Source: Octopus sinensis
Lineage: Eukaryota
Direction of reading: 5' to 3'
Length of the DNA: 64,000 bases
Assembly (NCBI RefSeq): GCF_006345805.1
Contig: NC_043003.1
Coordinates: forward strand, 87,482,001 to 87,546,000
Shown: in pieces, positions 60,697-64,000 of the stretch
How positions within the stretch are numbered: the first letter of the stretch is position 1
Layout: each line of letters starts with the position of its first letter
Program-made: the position numbers and the translations under genes
Notes under the pieces: model-generated
The model's input: only the letters and a program-made list of their open reading frames with translations
Told to the model about the DNA's origin: nothing
The model's database searches: none

Positions 60697-61460
60697 GGAG
60701 AAGAAATATAGTGGATACTTAGTCAATTTTATTTGTATCATGATGAAAAAAGTAATACATATAAGATTCAGGATATAAAGGAACCAAATTAACAAAAGAA
60801 TCCTACATATGTTTCCATCCGGCCATTAGGTTTCAATCATTAGCATTCAAGCGACGTTAGATGTAAAATAACCCCACATTATGTCCAGATCTCATCAGGG
60901 AGTGATGTTTACTTTCTGGTGGTGTACAATGAAATAACTAAGATAAGGACTGTGTTTTCAAATATTCAAATGTAAACAATAATTTCTTAGGATGCCGAGT
61001 TTATGTGGGAAGATATTATCTAATGAAATTTGGCTGAAATACTATGATATATTTGAAAACTGTTAAGGGACATAAAGTAATCGTTTCAGTATAATATGGG
61101 ATGTTATGGACTGTTAAGGGTATTGAATAGAAATTGAGAGATGAAATAGATTTTTGAGGGAAAAACATAAATGATTTGAGAAAAAAAAGAGAAAGATAAT
61201 TCTATACTATATACTAAAGTAACTATTAATTATTTCGTGTTTCAATGTACTAATGTATGCATTCCATTTTTCAGAGAAAAGTTTTTGTTTACATACTCTG
61301 GAGAGGAATTTAAATATCTATGCGGAAAAAAAAAATTAAGTGTATAGAGAGGAAAGTAGATTTTATGAGGGGGAAAAATAATGGAAAGAGACAAAATGGG
61401 AGAAATTTTTTATGTGGGGTATAAGATACAAAAAAGGACGAAAGTAAATACACCCAGTGC

Positions 61461-61565
61461 TTAGGGTTAGGGTAGGATTTAAGTTTAGGGCTAGGGTTTA
61501 GGGTTAGGACTAGGGTTACAGTTAAGGTTTAGAGTTAAGGTTAGGGTTTGGGTTTAGGGTTAGGG
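61461..61565 (+). repeat. Degenerate interstitial (TTAGGG)n-like tract
   Basis: TTAGGG, TTTAGGG, CTAGGG and TTAAGG variants over about 105 bp. Confidence 0.85.
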
Positions 61566-62167
61566 TTTTTGTTATCCCGAAAATAGGTGGTATACACATT
61601 CTTTACCTCCACCACAAAAAGATTAAGAAATAAAAGAGAAAAAGGGAAAAGTTATTTTATATTTTATACTACGATATTATTTTAGAAAGTAATTCAGAGA
61701 AAAGTTATAATAACTGTTATTATTTAGCATTTCAGTGGACTAAGATATACTTTCCATTGTTCAAAGAAAAAGTATTAGGTATATAAAAAATTATATTGCA
61801 CTTGTGAAAGGAATTTACATTTTTATGTGAAAAAAGTTTTTAAAACGTGTTGTAAATTATAAGTATAATTGTAATAACTAGTAATTTCCCTTTGTTTGTG
61901 TGGTTAAATTTTTTCCCCTAAGGTTTAATTATGATGAAAAAAATTATCATTTGATTTACTAGAGAAATATATTTATAAAATTTGTGGATAATATGAATAT
62001 CTATATATGCTTCTTAAAACATGGAGTTTTAAGAGGCATATGTAGATAGATTAAAAGTTTCAATAGTTGTTGATGTAGGTTTATAAGATTTTAGAAAATA
62101 AAAGATAAAATGTCCTAGTAATAGCATTTTTTTTAAAAATAGGGGTTACATGGAAAAATTATAAATA

Positions 62168-62206
62168 GGCGCAGGAGTGGCTGTGTGATAAGTAGCTTGC
62201 TTACTA
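62168..62206 (+). mobile_element. Truncated tRNA-derived SINE head
   Basis: GGCGCAGGAGTGGCTGTGTGATAAGTAGCTTGCTTAC matches the 36491 SINE start and then stops before the B box. Confidence 0.85.
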
Positions 62207-62740
62207 CTAAGTTGTTGACGCGTTTTTTCCTATGCTGAGAAAGTAATGTCGTTTGACGTTGAAATTGAACATTTGAAATACGACCACAGGTAAGGCATTT
62301 GTTTTTTTTTGGGGGGGGGGCTCAGTGAGGCTGTTGTTCGTATGGTTTATTATTTTTTCGAACAAGGGTCTCCACTGGGTTCCAGACATTTTGTCTGCCA
62401 GTGGTCGTACAAAAAAACTCACTTTTCAGTGAGAATTGTGTATGTTTTTGGGAGGCGTGTCCCTCAGAAAATTTATGATTTTATGTGACTGTGTGCCATT
62501 CATTGATTTTACCATTTAAAGTACAACCAGAATTAGAGGAATTTTTTGTTGCTATTTTTTTAACTGTGCTACGAAGGATTACTAGAGTTGAAATTTGTTG
62601 CCATTTGAGAAAAAGAAAGAACTGACTTCTTTCTTTTTCTCTTGTCTGTCTTTCTGCTCTTTTTTGTATTTGCATTAGAGACTTTTATTTGAACATTTTT
62701 GATTTTGTTGTGGACTTTTATATATTAGTTTCTTTTATCA

Positions 62741-63973
62741 ATGGCAACCAAATGTAAGAAGGCCTTGGACTGGCAAATTGTGGCCCCCAAAGAGTGGCTA
62801 AAAAACTTTGATGAGAGAATGGTGGTGTTGCGGACCTATTGCAAGATCTGTGACACCATCTGTGTATTCTCTCAGAATAAAATTGAAGAAGAGTTGGCTG
62901 GGTTTGCATCAACTTATAGGTTCATCTATAGGGGTGCAAATTACGCAACGGTGAGCATGCTTTTTGACACCCCTACAAAGGCTCAGAAATTTGCGAGCCA
63001 ACTTATAGATGGGAGGAAGATTTTGTTTCTCTCCACTTATGGTGGGCGTAAATTGACAAGAGCCTGGGTGTGTGGGCTGCTGCCTGGTATAGAGGCTGAA
63101 TGGATAGAAGATTCTATCCGTCGAGGCCTGAAGTGGTGGCCCTGCCAGGCTCTTCAATGTAAAAATATTGCCTGTGGTTGACCCTATGAGCCCATCGGCC
63201 GAAGATCTGGTTTTACCAGATTTCTTGACAATGGCTGGTTCCAAGCACCCAGTGATCATTGAGGGACGCCACCCCACCAACGTGTCACCTGTGCCTGGAA
63301 TCAGGGCACATGAAGAAGAACTGTTGCCGGGATCAGGCGAAGGTCTTGAAACGATTGATGATAACTGTAATCCCCCTGTGCCCCCAACAGAGCTTCCTGG
63401 GAGAAAGTCGTGGAGGAAGTAACCTCCCCGAGAAAAGGTACTAAGAGAAAGAATGTGGGCAACAATGGTTACCCACTGATTGACCCTGAGGTGGTGGGAG
63501 GGGAGGAGTGACCTCCGAATATGGAGGAACTCCACCCTCCCGTCGCAAAGGGGAAAAAAAGAAGAAGAAAAAGAAAAATGGGGCATTGCCAGCGATGGCA
63601 TGTCCCGAAACACCTTCAGTGGGATGTGTGCCACTAGAGGGGGAGAAGAAGGAAACCTTGTCGGTGGGATGTGTGCCACCGAGCGAGGTAGTTAAGGTCC
63701 CTCTCAATGAAAATGATGAAGAATTTGTATTCCTCTATCGCAGGGGAGGGGCGACTGAGGAGTATGTGGAAAATAATCTTGATAGTTGGGTTCTGATGGA
63801 CCCGATTTTTATTGACAGTCCAGGGTGGCCTTTGCAGGTACTGGAAAGAAAAGATTTTTTCCACAGGTTAAGATACTTCCCAAAGGACTTTTGGGGGCTC
63901 TGATTGGTGGTTGCAGGAATATCTGCAGGCCGCAAAAGAGTTAATTGAGGGAGTAATGTAAGAGGTTTATCGC
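62741..63973 (+). mobile_element. Frameshifted ORF1 (gag-like) of a Tx1/L1-like non-LTR retrotransposon, possibly with the first codons of ORF2
   Basis: RAWVCGLLPGIEAEW, then VIIEGR(P)PT joined to the CHLCLESGHMKKNC knuckle (63283-63324). SNVRGLS at about 63952-63972 resembles an APE N-terminus. Confidence 0.7.
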
Positions 63974-64000
63974 CTCCATATGTATAATATTTATTTCCCT

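Overview
AT-rich, microsatellite-laden eukaryotic DNA, most likely an octopus (coleoid cephalopod); this is inferred from the tRNA-derived SINEs, RTE LINEs with (GAT)n tails and TTAGGG-type repeats. I could not support any intact host gene. The window is a nested transposon graveyard. It holds two Ty3/Gypsy LTR elements (one with an intact integrase and 3' LTR), many RTE-clade LINE copies and orphan RTE 3' tails, Penelope-like elements (PLEs) of at least two endonuclease types, Tc1/mariner remnants, several SINEs, a Tx1/L1-like ORF1 and a processed eIF2-beta pseudogene. Five observations stand out. (1) A C4HC3 PHD finger is inserted inside the reverse transcriptase of the dominant RTE family and is absent from a second RTE family in the same window. 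(2) At least four minimal type I hammerhead ribozymes sit in PLE termini, including a U3:A8 compensatory core variant, an A6U variant, a head-to-head pair, and two families sharing one dimerisation palindrome. (3) The RTE 3' UTR has amplified into hierarchical arrays of a structured 62-67 bp unit with a variable loop. (4) An inverted duplication about 13 kb apart gives a filled/empty SINE site pair. (5) A Tx1-like element starts inside a SINE head. All calls were made by eye from the sequence and ORF track; no database searches were run, and most boundaries are approximate.
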